A DNA stretch of 64,000 nucleotides from an uncultured virus (IMG/VR IMGVR_UViG_3300020195_000012). Lineage: Duplodnaviria; Heunggongvirae; Uroviricota; Caudoviricetes. The stretch's first letter is position 1; the number at the start of each line of letters is the position of its first letter. Location of the stretch: IMG/VR virus record IMGVR_UViG_3300020195_000012; one strand, given 5' to 3'. Of this stretch, positions 10,166-18,565 are shown piece after piece. The notes beneath the pieces are model-generated. The model was not told where the DNA came from. It was given only the letters and a program-made list of their open reading frames with translations, and did no database searches. The translations under genes and the position numbers were made by a program.

Positions 10166-11186
10166 TTCGCCACTCCAAATATTCGTCCGCACGCCACGGT
10201 CGCACACCATTACATAATAGTGGAACTTTCCATTTAGTGTGTGAGAACTTACGGACTGGAACTTCGTCGCTAAATCCATAGAATTGATTACCAAGGTGCG
10301 ACATGAATCCTGGTAACATATCCAAACTTCCAAACCTATCAAACATTTCAATCAGGGATTCAGTCAACACGGGTGCCGTAAAACACCCTGCGCAACCATG
10401 TGAACATTCTTTCTTCATCGGATCGTGTGGTGCGCTATCACTACCAAGAAAAAAACAAGGCTGACCACTCATTGCCGCTTGACGCAAGGCATGACGATCA
10501 TCTTTCCATTTTGCGATAGGTTTACAAAAATTGTGCGGTTGAAGTTTGTCACCAATTACATCATCCATCGTCAAAAACAAGTGATGAACAGTAATTGTTG
10601 CGGCGATATGACATTTTGATTTTTCATGCAACCATCTGACTTTGTCAACTTGTTTCTCAGTGCTGATATGCTCTAGCACCATGCGAAGCTTTGGGAAATT
10701 GAGTGCAAGATACTCCACAAACTCAAGGAAGTGTTCTTCTCGGTCTTTAGTCTCTGATCCTGGCATTTCTCCGTGCATACAAAGCGTCATTCCAGAAATC
10801 CGAATCATCTCAATGCAATCAAGGAAATTTCCAGATGGTTTTCTCAGAGTTTCTTCTGTAATTCCATCATGACTGTTGGTTGTGACTCCTGAAGGATAAA
10901 GTTTAACTGCCGTCACACCAGATTTAGCCGCTTCTCGGATAATCGCTGGTGTGGTACTCGGCATAAACTTTATAGTTGTGAGAATATCAACACTTGGCAT
11001 CAGTTTTTGCAAAAACTCTTTGTAGACTGCTGCCTCTGCTGCTGTGGTGATTGGTGGCTCTGTGTTTGGCATTACCAAGACACGATGACATCTTTCTGCC
11101 GTAAATCTTGCAACAGCCTTTGCCATGTCACCTTGTCGCAGGTGAAGGTGCATATCCGATACTGCTGGCAAAACTAACATTGTCAT
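10152..11186 (-). CDS. pyrC: Dihydroorotase (type II, homodimeric)
   Basis: DMHLHLRQG, VMPNT, KLYPSGVTTNS, HGE, LEHIS, FCKP, FLGSDSAPH. Confidence 0.95.
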   Translation of the reverse strand: MTMLVLPAVSDMHLHLRQGDMAKAVARFTAERCHRVLVMPNTEPPITTAAEAAVYKEFLQKLMPSVDILTTIKFMPSTTPAIIREAAKSGVTAVKLYPSGVTTNSHDGITEETLRKPSGNFLDCIEMIRISGMTLCMHGEMPGSETKDREEHFLEFVEYLALNFPKLRMVLEHISTEKQVDKVRWLHEKSKCHIAATITVHHLFLTMDDVIGDKLQPHNFCKPIAKWKDDRHALRQAAMSGQPCFFLGSDSAPHDPMKKECSHGCAGCFTAPVLTESLIEMFDRFGSLDMLPGFMSHLGNQFYGFSDEVPVRKFSHTKWKVPLLCNGVRPWRADEYLEWRIEQH

Positions 11187-11363
11187 GTTTGTGTACCATT
11201 AGAGTAAAAACCCTTCACTCAGTATACAAAATCACTTTTCTGAAGGCAACTCCAATTCTTCATCAGTTTCATCAAAATCTTCTTCGTTATCAAACTCGTC
11301 ATCTTCATGCATGCTATATTTTTCAGCCAGAACTGGATCGTCTGTTGTGAACTACCCACGCCC

Positions 11364-12593
11364 CTAAAGGGGCGGGGCTTCCGCTTCAACCAATAGCCCA
11401 CTCATAGCGGGTCTTACATCAGGGCAAGCGGCTATCCCTCTCGTTCCGAGAGTTCTAATTCTCAATCCTTCGTCCAATATGTTACAAGCAGCATTATGAT
11501 CTCGCTGGTTGTTCTCCCAACAGTTCCAACAACACCACTCTCGCTCAGTTGGCTTTAACTCACGATTACGCCAACCACACTTGTTACACAACTGAGATGA
11601 CGGAAACCAGCGACTAACTTTCACCAACTCACGACCATACCAAACTGCTTTGTACATTAACTTCTGCACAAACGAGTAGAAACCACAATCGGTAATGTCC
11701 TTATGACGTTTTCGCTCTTTCCATCGTGGCTCATCCCTATCGTCAGGCTTGGTCTTCGCAAGCATGTCACTCACGCCTAGGTCTTCGACAACAATAACTT
11801 GATTTTCGTTAATGATGCGACGACTCAACTTGTGCAAATGATCTTCACGCTTGTTGTGTGCCTTCAAGTACAACTTCGCTAAATTACGCTTCGCCTTCGT
11901 CCTCCCATTACCACCTTTCTCACTTCTCGATACTTCCTGATGCAACAACTTCAACCGTGCCGCAAACTGCTTCGCAGGACGAGGATTGACTTCAGTGTTA
12001 CCATTGCTGTCCACCATCCCATGCACGTTCAGGTCGTAAGCCACAATCTCTGCTCGTTCTGGCAACGGTTGAACATCACGCTCGGTGGTGATTGACACAT
12101 GATATTGTCCTGCCTTATTCTTACTGATCGTGGCAAACTGTATTTCACCTTCCACTTTGCGATGTTCAATAACAGGAATGCCTTCCAAAAACTTCGGCAT
12201 CACTAATTTGTCGTCAATGATGTAGATGTTTTGTTTGACACGGAAGGATTGTTTAGCATGTCGTTTCTTGAACCGTGGGAAACCTTTCTTGCCTTTGATC
12301 TTTTGCTTCACTTTGCGGAAGAAATTATCGTATGCGTTTTGCAAGCATTCGACTGCGTATTGCAAACTTTGGCTTCCGACTTCTTTGAGCCAAGGAAACG
12401 CTTGCTTGAGTGTTGGCAGTTCTTTTTCGTTGTCGCTTCGTTTGAGTGATTTGTTGTTTGTTTTGTATTCTTGTATCCTTTTATCGAGGAAGTGGTTGAA
12501 CACGAACCTGTTGCAACCGAAGTGTTTGGCGAGCAATACTTCTTGTGTGGTGGTTGGTGACAACCTCAGTTTGTAGGAATACAGGTATTTCAC
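11364..12593 (-). CDS. tnpB: RNA-guided endonuclease TnpB
   Basis: HTH YKLRLSPT..FGCNRFVFN, RuvC D (YDLN), E (VEDL), D (RDHNAA), zinc ribbon PSSQLCNKCG..CWNC. Confidence 0.95.
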   Translation of the reverse strand: MKYLYSYKLRLSPTTTQEVLLAKHFGCNRFVFNHFLDKRIQEYKTNNKSLKRSDNEKELPTLKQAFPWLKEVGSQSLQYAVECLQNAYDNFFRKVKQKIKGKKGFPRFKKRHAKQSFRVKQNIYIIDDKLVMPKFLEGIPVIEHRKVEGEIQFATISKNKAGQYHVSITTERDVQPLPERAEIVAYDLNVHGMVDSNGNTEVNPRPAKQFAARLKLLHQEVSRSEKGGNGRTKAKRNLAKLYLKAHNKREDHLHKLSRRIINENQVIVVEDLGVSDMLAKTKPDDRDEPRWKERKRHKDITDCGFYSFVQKLMYKAVWYGRELVKVSRWFPSSQLCNKCGWRNRELKPTEREWCCWNCWENNQRDHNAACNILDEGLRIRTLGTRGIAACPDVRPAMSGLLVEAEAPPL

Positions 12594-12739
12594 TTGTCTT
12601 CCTTGATGTATTTGACCATCAACTCACGGACAACTTCGGAGATTGTCTTGTAGTTGTTTTTGCACTTTGCTTGGAACTGTACGAAGAGTGTTGGTTGCAC
12701 TCGTACTACTACGTCTTTTGTTACATTTTCCTTATCCAT
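12590..12739 (-). CDS. Small ribbon-helix-helix protein
   Basis: MDKENVTKDVVVRVQPTLFVQFQAKC..TISEVVRELMVKYI has the beta-alpha-alpha RHH pattern; overlaps the tnpB start. Confidence 0.75.
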   Translation of the reverse strand: MDKENVTKDVVVRVQPTLFVQFQAKCKNNYKTISEVVRELMVKYIKEDK

Positions 12740-13134
12740 ACACTTATATAGTCCTGTCCCGACATTTTTGAGCAAGGACATCTGATTTTTATCCGAATTT
12801 CAGGGGACGGTGCGTTTGTCCTGTTTTAACCTTGCTTGATTTTGCTTCAAGAATGAGTTAATTTTTAGTGCATCGCCTTCATCCCCTACCCTAAAGGGCT
12901 GGCAAGCAGTCTCCCTCGCTCCGCTCGGTCGCTTTGCCTGCCAGCATCTACGATGTAGGGGCTTTCGGCTCCGAAGACTGGTAAAGAATGCATAATCATC
13001 ATTCATTTCTTCAGACATTTTCAGACCAGCAGCTTCCATTTCTCTCAGATAAACAATCTCTGCTTCTAGTCTGTCAGCAATCTCGCCTTAATGATTTCGC
13101 CCCGTCACCAAGCCATTTACAACGATAGATTCCA

Positions 13135-13311
13135 TTAAACATTATTTTCCCTTTTTTTAGTGTTAGTTTTCAACTTCTGTGTCATTTTATACATTGCTTC
13201 CGCTGCTTCATAATCTCGCTTCGCTTTAGCAAGATTATTAATTTCATCATTGAATTTATTACGAGCAACTTCGATTATTATATCAAGTTGTTCTTCAGAT
13301 GTTTTCTTCAT
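13135..13311 (-). CDS. Hypothetical coiled-coil protein
   Basis: Short ORF coupled to the dnaE end and to the next ATG (TAATG). Confidence 0.6.
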   Translation of the reverse strand: MKKTSEEQLDIIIEVARNKFNDEINNLAKAKRDYEAAEAMYKMTQKLKTNTKKRENNV

Positions 13312-14686
13312 CACATTCTGCCAATATGTTTTCAACTAATGTCTCCGCTCTAGTAATTGGTTTTCCGCTAAACTTTAACCTGTAAGAACGACCACCACGA
13401 CTTTCACTCAAAAATCGACTAAACAACAATTTGTGTCTGATTGGGTCAACATCTGTAATTCCCAAACAATAACATGCTAATGATCCGCAAACCGAACCTC
13501 TTCCTGGTCCAACGGCTTCACTGCCATCTCCCCATCCTAGAAGACTTGGACAGATTCTACGTGCTTCATCGGTCATCTGTTTTTGAATCAGGAAATAACT
13601 TGCAAATCCTTTACGACAAATCAAATCATATTCTTCTTTAATTCTGTCCTTGTATTTCCTATTGTTAGTAATACCACGACTTTTTGCGCCTTCTATTACA
13701 GCCTCTTTGAAACGATCATTTGCATCAGGAAGTTCTGGTAACTTCATACTTCTGTCGATTTGAACATTTTTAGCCTTTTGACAAATCGCTACCGTATTCA
13801 TCTTTGCTTGTACATACAAATCATAAGGAATGACATCTTGGTACATCGCCAGCCATTTCTCATTCAATTCTCGTTCGCTTTTCATCCACAAGTTGGTGTC
13901 TTGTAACTCAAAAATGTCGGCTTTATCATCAGCAGATAACTTATTTTCAATCTCTTTAATTGATGAATCCTTCTGAATCATCAACATATATCTTTGAAAT
14001 TTACTGTCTTCCTTTTCACAATAATGAGTGTCTTGAGTTAGTATGAGTGGAATTTTGTACTTGTCATGTGCCTTGATCAAAAAAGCATCAAAAGGTTTCT
14101 GCTTGTTGTAATCCAACATCATCAATTCAAGATAGAAGTTTTCTCCGAATTGATCACGATACTTTTCAATCATTGCGTAAGCAGCATCTTCTCCACCTTT
14201 ATCAAACGCTTGACCTACCTCGCCATTATAACAACAAGACGTAAAGATAATTCCTTCTTTGTGTTTACGCAATTGTTCATGCGTTACACGAGGCTTATAA
14301 TAGAATCCATTCATCCATGCCCATGATGATAACTTGACAAGATTGCTATATCCTTGATTCGTATAAGCAATTGCAAGAAGATGATAAGACTTTCTTATTT
14401 CGCCCTTTTCTTTGCTCGTCATTTGAGCAAAGTCATCTTTTGATGGATGTTTATCCTGAAGGTAAAGTTCACACCCGAAAATTGGAGTAATTTTATTTTT
14501 TTCACAGGCTCTAATTTGCTGTGGGATTGCAGCCATCATACCATGATCGGTAACACACAAAAATTGCTGATTGATCTTGGGAGCGCGTTCTGAATACTCT
14601 ACTGTCGTTCCAAAACCATCAAGAAGGCTCATATCAGTGTGCAAATGTAAATGTTCAAATCCACGTTCGTCTTCAATATAATTCAT
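13295..14686 (-). CDS. dnaE: DNA polymerase III alpha subunit, N-terminal fragment only (PHP domain + start of palm)
   Basis: HLHLHTDMSLLDG, TDHG, GCELY, GFYYKPR, QDTHY, GPGRGS..LGITDVDPI..LLFSRFL; ends before the PDID catalytic motif. Confidence 0.9.
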   Translation of the reverse strand: MNYIEDERGFEHLHLHTDMSLLDGFGTTVEYSERAPKINQQFLCVTDHGMMAAIPQQIRACEKNKITPIFGCELYLQDKHPSKDDFAQMTSKEKGEIRKSYHLLAIAYTNQGYSNLVKLSSWAWMNGFYYKPRVTHEQLRKHKEGIIFTSCCYNGEVGQAFDKGGEDAAYAMIEKYRDQFGENFYLELMMLDYNKQKPFDAFLIKAHDKYKIPLILTQDTHYCEKEDSKFQRYMLMIQKDSSIKEIENKLSADDKADIFELQDTNLWMKSERELNEKWLAMYQDVIPYDLYVQAKMNTVAICQKAKNVQIDRSMKLPELPDANDRFKEAVIEGAKSRGITNNRKYKDRIKEEYDLICRKGFASYFLIQKQMTDEARRICPSLLGWGDGSEAVGPGRGSVCGSLACYCLGITDVDPIRHKLLFSRFLSESRGGRSYRLKFSGKPITRAETLVENILAECDEENI

Positions 14687-14694
14687 AAATAATG

Positions 14695-14877
14695 TTAATC
14701 TTTTTTCTTGTTATCAATTGGCATATCTTTAATATCCTTATTTTCTTGAGGCAAAACATTTGCCAATTCAACATACTTGCCAATGTGCTTTATATAATCT
14801 GTGCCTTGATTCGACAAGGCTTTCATCTTTTCACGAAGCTTATTAATATCTTTCATATCGTACTCCTGTTTTAACAC
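14695..14877 (-). CDS. Hypothetical protein
   Basis: 60-aa ORF in the operon. Confidence 0.5.
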   Translation of the reverse strand: MLKQEYDMKDINKLREKMKALSNQGTDYIKHIGKYVELANVLPQENKDIKDMPIDNKKKD

Positions 14878-15515
14878 TAAATCAAGACAAATTTTCTACC
14901 TAATTTCGATGCTGCCTCTTCAACGAATTTCGTTGTTTTAAACGGATCAACAACCGTTCCGCCCTCTGGACACGTCAATAAAATTGGCATTGTATACCAA
15001 GAAGAATCCTCTACATCAGTCCGATCCCAAATCGGTTCTGACATACTGAATTTTTCTTCATCACACCAAGCTAATTCTGGCGGAAGACGTGTAAATCTTA
15101 ACCAGTACCCAATACAACCAAAATACCTTCTATTGGTTTTTACAGATTTGAATTTGGTGTGTTCTGGAAGTGACCGTCTATAAACTTTATCTGCAAGTTT
15201 CCAACTGCGATCCAACATCATTCCAATCAACACTTCAGGCAAAAGACTCATTGACCCGCCAACATCTCGTCCATCTCTCATTAAAACCCACACGTTGCCA
15301 TCAGGAAGCAACGGAACACGATCCAATGTGTCAGCGACTAACATTGGATCGTTTGTTGGTGGACGAGTAACTACACAATTAACAGGCGTATTTATCTTTG
15401 AGCAAGATAATGGCGTTGAAGAGCATTCTTGTCCAACCTCCGTCTTCGATTGCGCAATTCCAAATGCGCCTAAGTTCTTCAGCATCCCTCTTTCCCAAGA
15501 ACGTGAGATTGTCAT
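14877..15515 (-). CDS. Degenerate N4/N6 DNA-methyltransferase-like protein (start uncertain)
   Basis: VNCVVTRPPT resembles VDCVVTSPPY; TCPEGGTVVDPFKTT..AASKLGRKFVLI resembles CPEGGxVLDPFxGSGTT..GRxYIGIE. Confidence 0.6.
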   Translation of the reverse strand: MTISRSWERGMLKNLGAFGIAQSKTEVGQECSSTPLSCSKINTPVNCVVTRPPTNDPMLVADTLDRVPLLPDGNVWVLMRDGRDVGGSMSLLPEVLIGMMLDRSWKLADKVYRRSLPEHTKFKSVKTNRRYFGCIGYWLRFTRLPPELAWCDEEKFSMSEPIWDRTDVEDSSWYTMPILLTCPEGGTVVDPFKTTKFVEEAASKLGRKFVLI

Positions 15516-15897
15516 TAAACCACTTTTCTGCCCTCGCCTGATTTTCTGCGTTGCTTACATCAATATACACAAAACCCAAATCATCCACCGGACGATAACA
15601 CGCCAAATCAACAAACATTTGCAGCTTATCTTGTGGTGTAAGTTCAGCAAGCGATTGTAACTTCTCTTGTTGTTCAATCTCTGATTTTACTTTTGTCAAT
15701 CCTACTTTTGACTTGGAATCAATAACAAATTTAAGAGGTTCAACTTTATTTATTTGTTCTTTTGACACAGGACGTTCTTTTGGCTCAGGATTGATAACAA
15801 ACGATGGTGCTTTGACTACCTTGCTAGGTTGTGTCTTGATAATCCTAGATTTAGGTTTTTTAGACTTGATCTTTTTAGATTTACGTTTGGTTTTCAA
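15379..15897 (-). CDS. Hypothetical protein with basic N-terminus
   Basis: 172-aa ORF, TTG start with GGGAGA RBS, CTAAATA upstream. Confidence 0.65.
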   Translation of the reverse strand: MKTKRKSKKIKSKKPKSRIIKTQPSKVVKAPSFVINPEPKERPVSKEQINKVEPLKFVIDSKSKVGLTKVKSEIEQQEKLQSLAELTPQDKLQMFVDLACYRPVDDLGFVYIDVSNAENQARAEKWFNDNLTFLGKRDAEELRRIWNCAIEDGGWTRMLFNAIILLKDKYAC

Positions 15898-15941
15898 ATG
15901 AGTCTCCCAAGTAAGAATATTATTTAGTCAATTTTCAGAAA

Positions 15942-15966
15942 AAACTCCAGGCATTGCCTGGAGTTT
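15942..15966 (-). terminator. Intrinsic terminator after the protease gene
   Basis: AAACTCCAGGCA-T-TGCCTGGAGTTT, followed by a T-run on the - strand. Confidence 0.7.
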
Positions 15967-15971
15967 CAAAA

Positions 15972-16883
15972 TTACTTAATTAGCGGAATCTGCGTATCCT
16001 TTAGATAAATAAGGAATGGAAATTCCTTCTCTCTTGCGTGAGGAGGTGCAATTTTGGCAGGATCAGCATGAAATACAACTCCAGAATCTTCAATTGGAGA
16101 TTTGCGAAGTTCTTCCTCAGTTGGAACTGCACTATCATCCATTGTAAACCCAATCTTGACGTGTTTTGCCCACAGTTCCATACGGCGAACTGGAACCATT
16201 AGATTGAACGTTTCTCCTGCGCCACGAACAATCATTCCTACATACTTTGCATCACTTTCCAAGTAAACACCACCACCACTACTACCTGGAAATGCTGCGC
16301 AAGTGCTTTGGTCGTAAACTTTCGTTGCATATACACGACCGTGCTGAGACATAACCCCACTGGTCAAACTATTGCTACCCATTTGACCCAACAAACTGCC
16401 AACGTGTAGCAATTTGGAACCTACTGGTGGAATCTTGGAATCCAGATAGAAATTCACACTGGTCTTGATGAAATTCTTCTTGCGAACACGAAGTAATGAC
16501 AAGTCTTCACCATTCTCTGCGTCACTATACCTAAGAACTTCAGCATCCATTTCCAACTTTCCAACCGCTCTTCCATCTTCAATCAATTCCTTGACAATCT
16601 TTGCGTCAGCGAATTCAACAATGGTTTTGGTTGATCCGCTCTTTGAATCAATTACTGTTCTAGTGCTACGCAAATGCTGTACTACGTGTCCACACGTCCA
16701 TACATAGTTAGTATCTTTAACGGTCTTGATGACACCTGATCCTTGTGCGCCTCCTGCATGAATTGTTACACTGATATCTTGTAGATATGCTGCCTTGTCT
16801 GCGTCATCTTTGAATTTATTCTGAGCAAACCCCGTTCCAGCAAACCCAATAACAACCGCAAAACCCAATAAGAATTTAAACAT
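15972..16883 (-). CDS. Secreted trypsin-like serine protease
   Basis: Signal peptide; catalytic triad in TCGHVV, DLSLL, FPGSSGGG. Confidence 0.85.
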   Translation of the reverse strand: MFKFLLGFAVVIGFAGTGFAQNKFKDDADKAAYLQDISVTIHAGGAQGSGVIKTVKDTNYVWTCGHVVQHLRSTRTVIDSKSGSTKTIVEFADAKIVKELIEDGRAVGKLEMDAEVLRYSDAENGEDLSLLRVRKKNFIKTSVNFYLDSKIPPVGSKLLHVGSLLGQMGSNSLTSGVMSQHGRVYATKVYDQSTCAAFPGSSGGGVYLESDAKYVGMIVRGAGETFNLMVPVRRMELWAKHVKIGFTMDDSAVPTEEELRKSPIEDSGVVFHADPAKIAPPHAREKEFPFLIYLKDTQIPLIK

Positions 16884-16911
16884 TAACTTTCTTTCCCTTT
16901 AAATAGTAATT

Positions 16912-16945
16912 TACTATGAGCAGAGCAATTGCTCTGCTCATAGTA
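16912..16945. repeat. Perfect 34-bp palindrome downstream of spoVR
   Basis: TACTATGAGCAGAGCAATTGCTCTGCTCATAGTA. Confidence 0.85.
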
Positions 16946-16953
16946 TAGTGAAA

Positions 16954-18501
16954 TCAAACTTTTCCTGGCGTTATGATTTCGACTTTATCGTCCTCGCAAT
17001 AATACATTATTTCTCGCGAGTCTTTGTCCTTACTCAACACAGCCGTTGGTCCCTTCCAGATTGCGCTGAGTGCCCTCAGACTGTCCTTCGTCTGCTGTGG
17101 GTGAAGCAGCCGTTGGTCCCATGTGTGTTCCATGAGGAAGATACGCTTACCCTTGTGGTTAGGGTCAACCAGTTTGATTTCTGGCAACCCGCCATTCAGT
17201 TTGCTCTTCAACAAACTTTGCTTGATGCGATTCGCATCCCGATCCATGATCTTGTACGTTCCGTCAGGGAATTTCTCCCAAATGAAGAACTCGTACTTGT
17301 CGCAGAACTCTTGATCAAAGTATTCTGCAAGCATCGTCACATCGTTGCCAAACTGCCTCACTTCAAACACTTTTTCGTGACCAAGACCAAGTTTCTTGTC
17401 CCACAACTGACGTTCTCGTGCATCCGTGCAGTCATCGTATTCTCGACCAAACTTGCCCTTGTTGTAGCATTCCTCAATCCAGAGGAATAGCATGTAACCC
17501 ATCTTGTAAGGATTCATACTTCGCTTGCCACCAAGAACACCTGCCTTGTGATGAGCGTAGTCGAAGATTCCAGCTCCTTCCGCGAAACCGAATCTTGCCA
17601 TGATCTGACTATCGACGTAGCTTGCCCATCCTTCGTTGATCATCTTCGTCTGCCGTTGAGGGGCGAAATACATCGCCTCCTCATACAACATGGAGATGAC
17701 GTCACTTTGCCACGAATTGAGTGGCGCATGATCCTTCATGAACCCCAAAATGTCCTTCGTCGGATTCTCAAAAATTCCGATTTGACGGCGAACATCTTCT
17801 TCTTGGATACGTTCGCGTTCCGTCTTCAACCACTCTGGTGTGTTGATCCAATCTTCCATGTAGTCGTGATCCACCCGCAGTCTGCGAGGGTGGTGATATT
17901 CACGTTTTGTCCGATACACTGGCTCACTCACTGATCGCTTAGTCCATGCTGCCGCTGGATCGATCAGTGTATCCACACACAGAATCTTGTCGATGAACCT
18001 GCCAACTGGCTCTTTGCCCCACTCGCTCATGTATCTTCGGATTCGGCTTCCATGATTCGCCAGTTCATTCATCATGTTCTGACTGGTTTGCCCGAAGAAC
18101 ACGTTGTTCTTGAAGAAGTCATTGTGTCCGGTCGCGTGTGCGATAACGGTCACATGGTCAACAACCGTGTTACTGTCCAAACAGTAGATGTAGCACGGGC
18201 TGGTGTTAATCACCATTTCGTATATGCGGTGCATCCCGTGTTGATAACCTTTAGACAGGTCTTCGTACTGCTCTCCGAACTGCCAGTGTGGGTATCGGAC
18301 AGGGAAACCACCATACGCCGCCACTTCACTGATCTCGTCATAGGTCAGAAATTCCACGATTGTATCGTAAAAATCCAACCCAAAATCGCGGCACGCTTGA
18401 AGTATGCCTGGAATCTTGACGAGAATTTCTTTCGGTATCTTTACCCCAGGAATCGTATTATCGCCCATCAACAGAGTTGGGGATTGCATCAACTGCGACA
18501 T
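16954..18501 (-). CDS. spoVR: SpoVR/YcgB family protein
   Basis: AAYGGFPVRYPHW, IYEMVIN..PC, AHATGHNDFFKNN, PQRQTKMINEGWASY, NPYKMG; ACGGAG RBS. Confidence 0.95.
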   Translation of the reverse strand: MSQLMQSPTLLMGDNTIPGVKIPKEILVKIPGILQACRDFGLDFYDTIVEFLTYDEISEVAAYGGFPVRYPHWQFGEQYEDLSKGYQHGMHRIYEMVINTSPCYIYCLDSNTVVDHVTVIAHATGHNDFFKNNVFFGQTSQNMMNELANHGSRIRRYMSEWGKEPVGRFIDKILCVDTLIDPAAAWTKRSVSEPVYRTKREYHHPRRLRVDHDYMEDWINTPEWLKTERERIQEEDVRRQIGIFENPTKDILGFMKDHAPLNSWQSDVISMLYEEAMYFAPQRQTKMINEGWASYVDSQIMARFGFAEGAGIFDYAHHKAGVLGGKRSMNPYKMGYMLFLWIEECYNKGKFGREYDDCTDARERQLWDKKLGLGHEKVFEVRQFGNDVTMLAEYFDQEFCDKYEFFIWEKFPDGTYKIMDRDANRIKQSLLKSKLNGGLPEIKLVDPNHKGKRIFLMEHTWDQRLLHPQQTKDSLRALSAIWKGPTAVLSKDKDSREIMYYCEDDKVEIITPGKV

Positions 18502-18565
18502 TGTTATCTCCGTAGAGAGGTTTATTTGGGTCAAAAGGAAGCAGAGCAAAATGCTCTGCTAAAGT

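Larger units (their letters stand above)
11347..12980 (-). mobile_element. Non-autonomous IS200/IS605-family (IS1341-like) element carrying RHH + TnpB, no TnpA
   Basis: Right-end hairpin GCCCCTAAAGGGGC with the element ending in TTCAC; left-end hairpin; insertion immediately 3' of (T)TTAC with no target duplication; precise excision restores the ORF. Confidence 0.88.
11232..13135 (-). pseudogene. Small acidic-tailed phage gene interrupted by the TnpB element (5' part 12981-13135, 3' part 11232-11346)
   Basis: Removing 11347-12980 joins ..DDYAFFT|TDDPVLAEKYSMHEDDEF..SEK* in frame. The 5' part has an in-frame TAA at 13088-13090. Confidence 0.75.

Noticed and set aside
12740..12980. IStron (group I intron plus IS) at the TnpB left end
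   Set aside because: Only about 240 nt, no recognisable group I core, and the host gene carries a stop codon.
12800..13039. 79-aa ORF in the track
   Set aside because: Chimeric read-through from the interrupted gene into the IS left end.
13295..13420. Split intein at the dnaE C-terminus
   Set aside because: No Cys/Ser-initiated intein block A or HINT motifs after the breakpoint.
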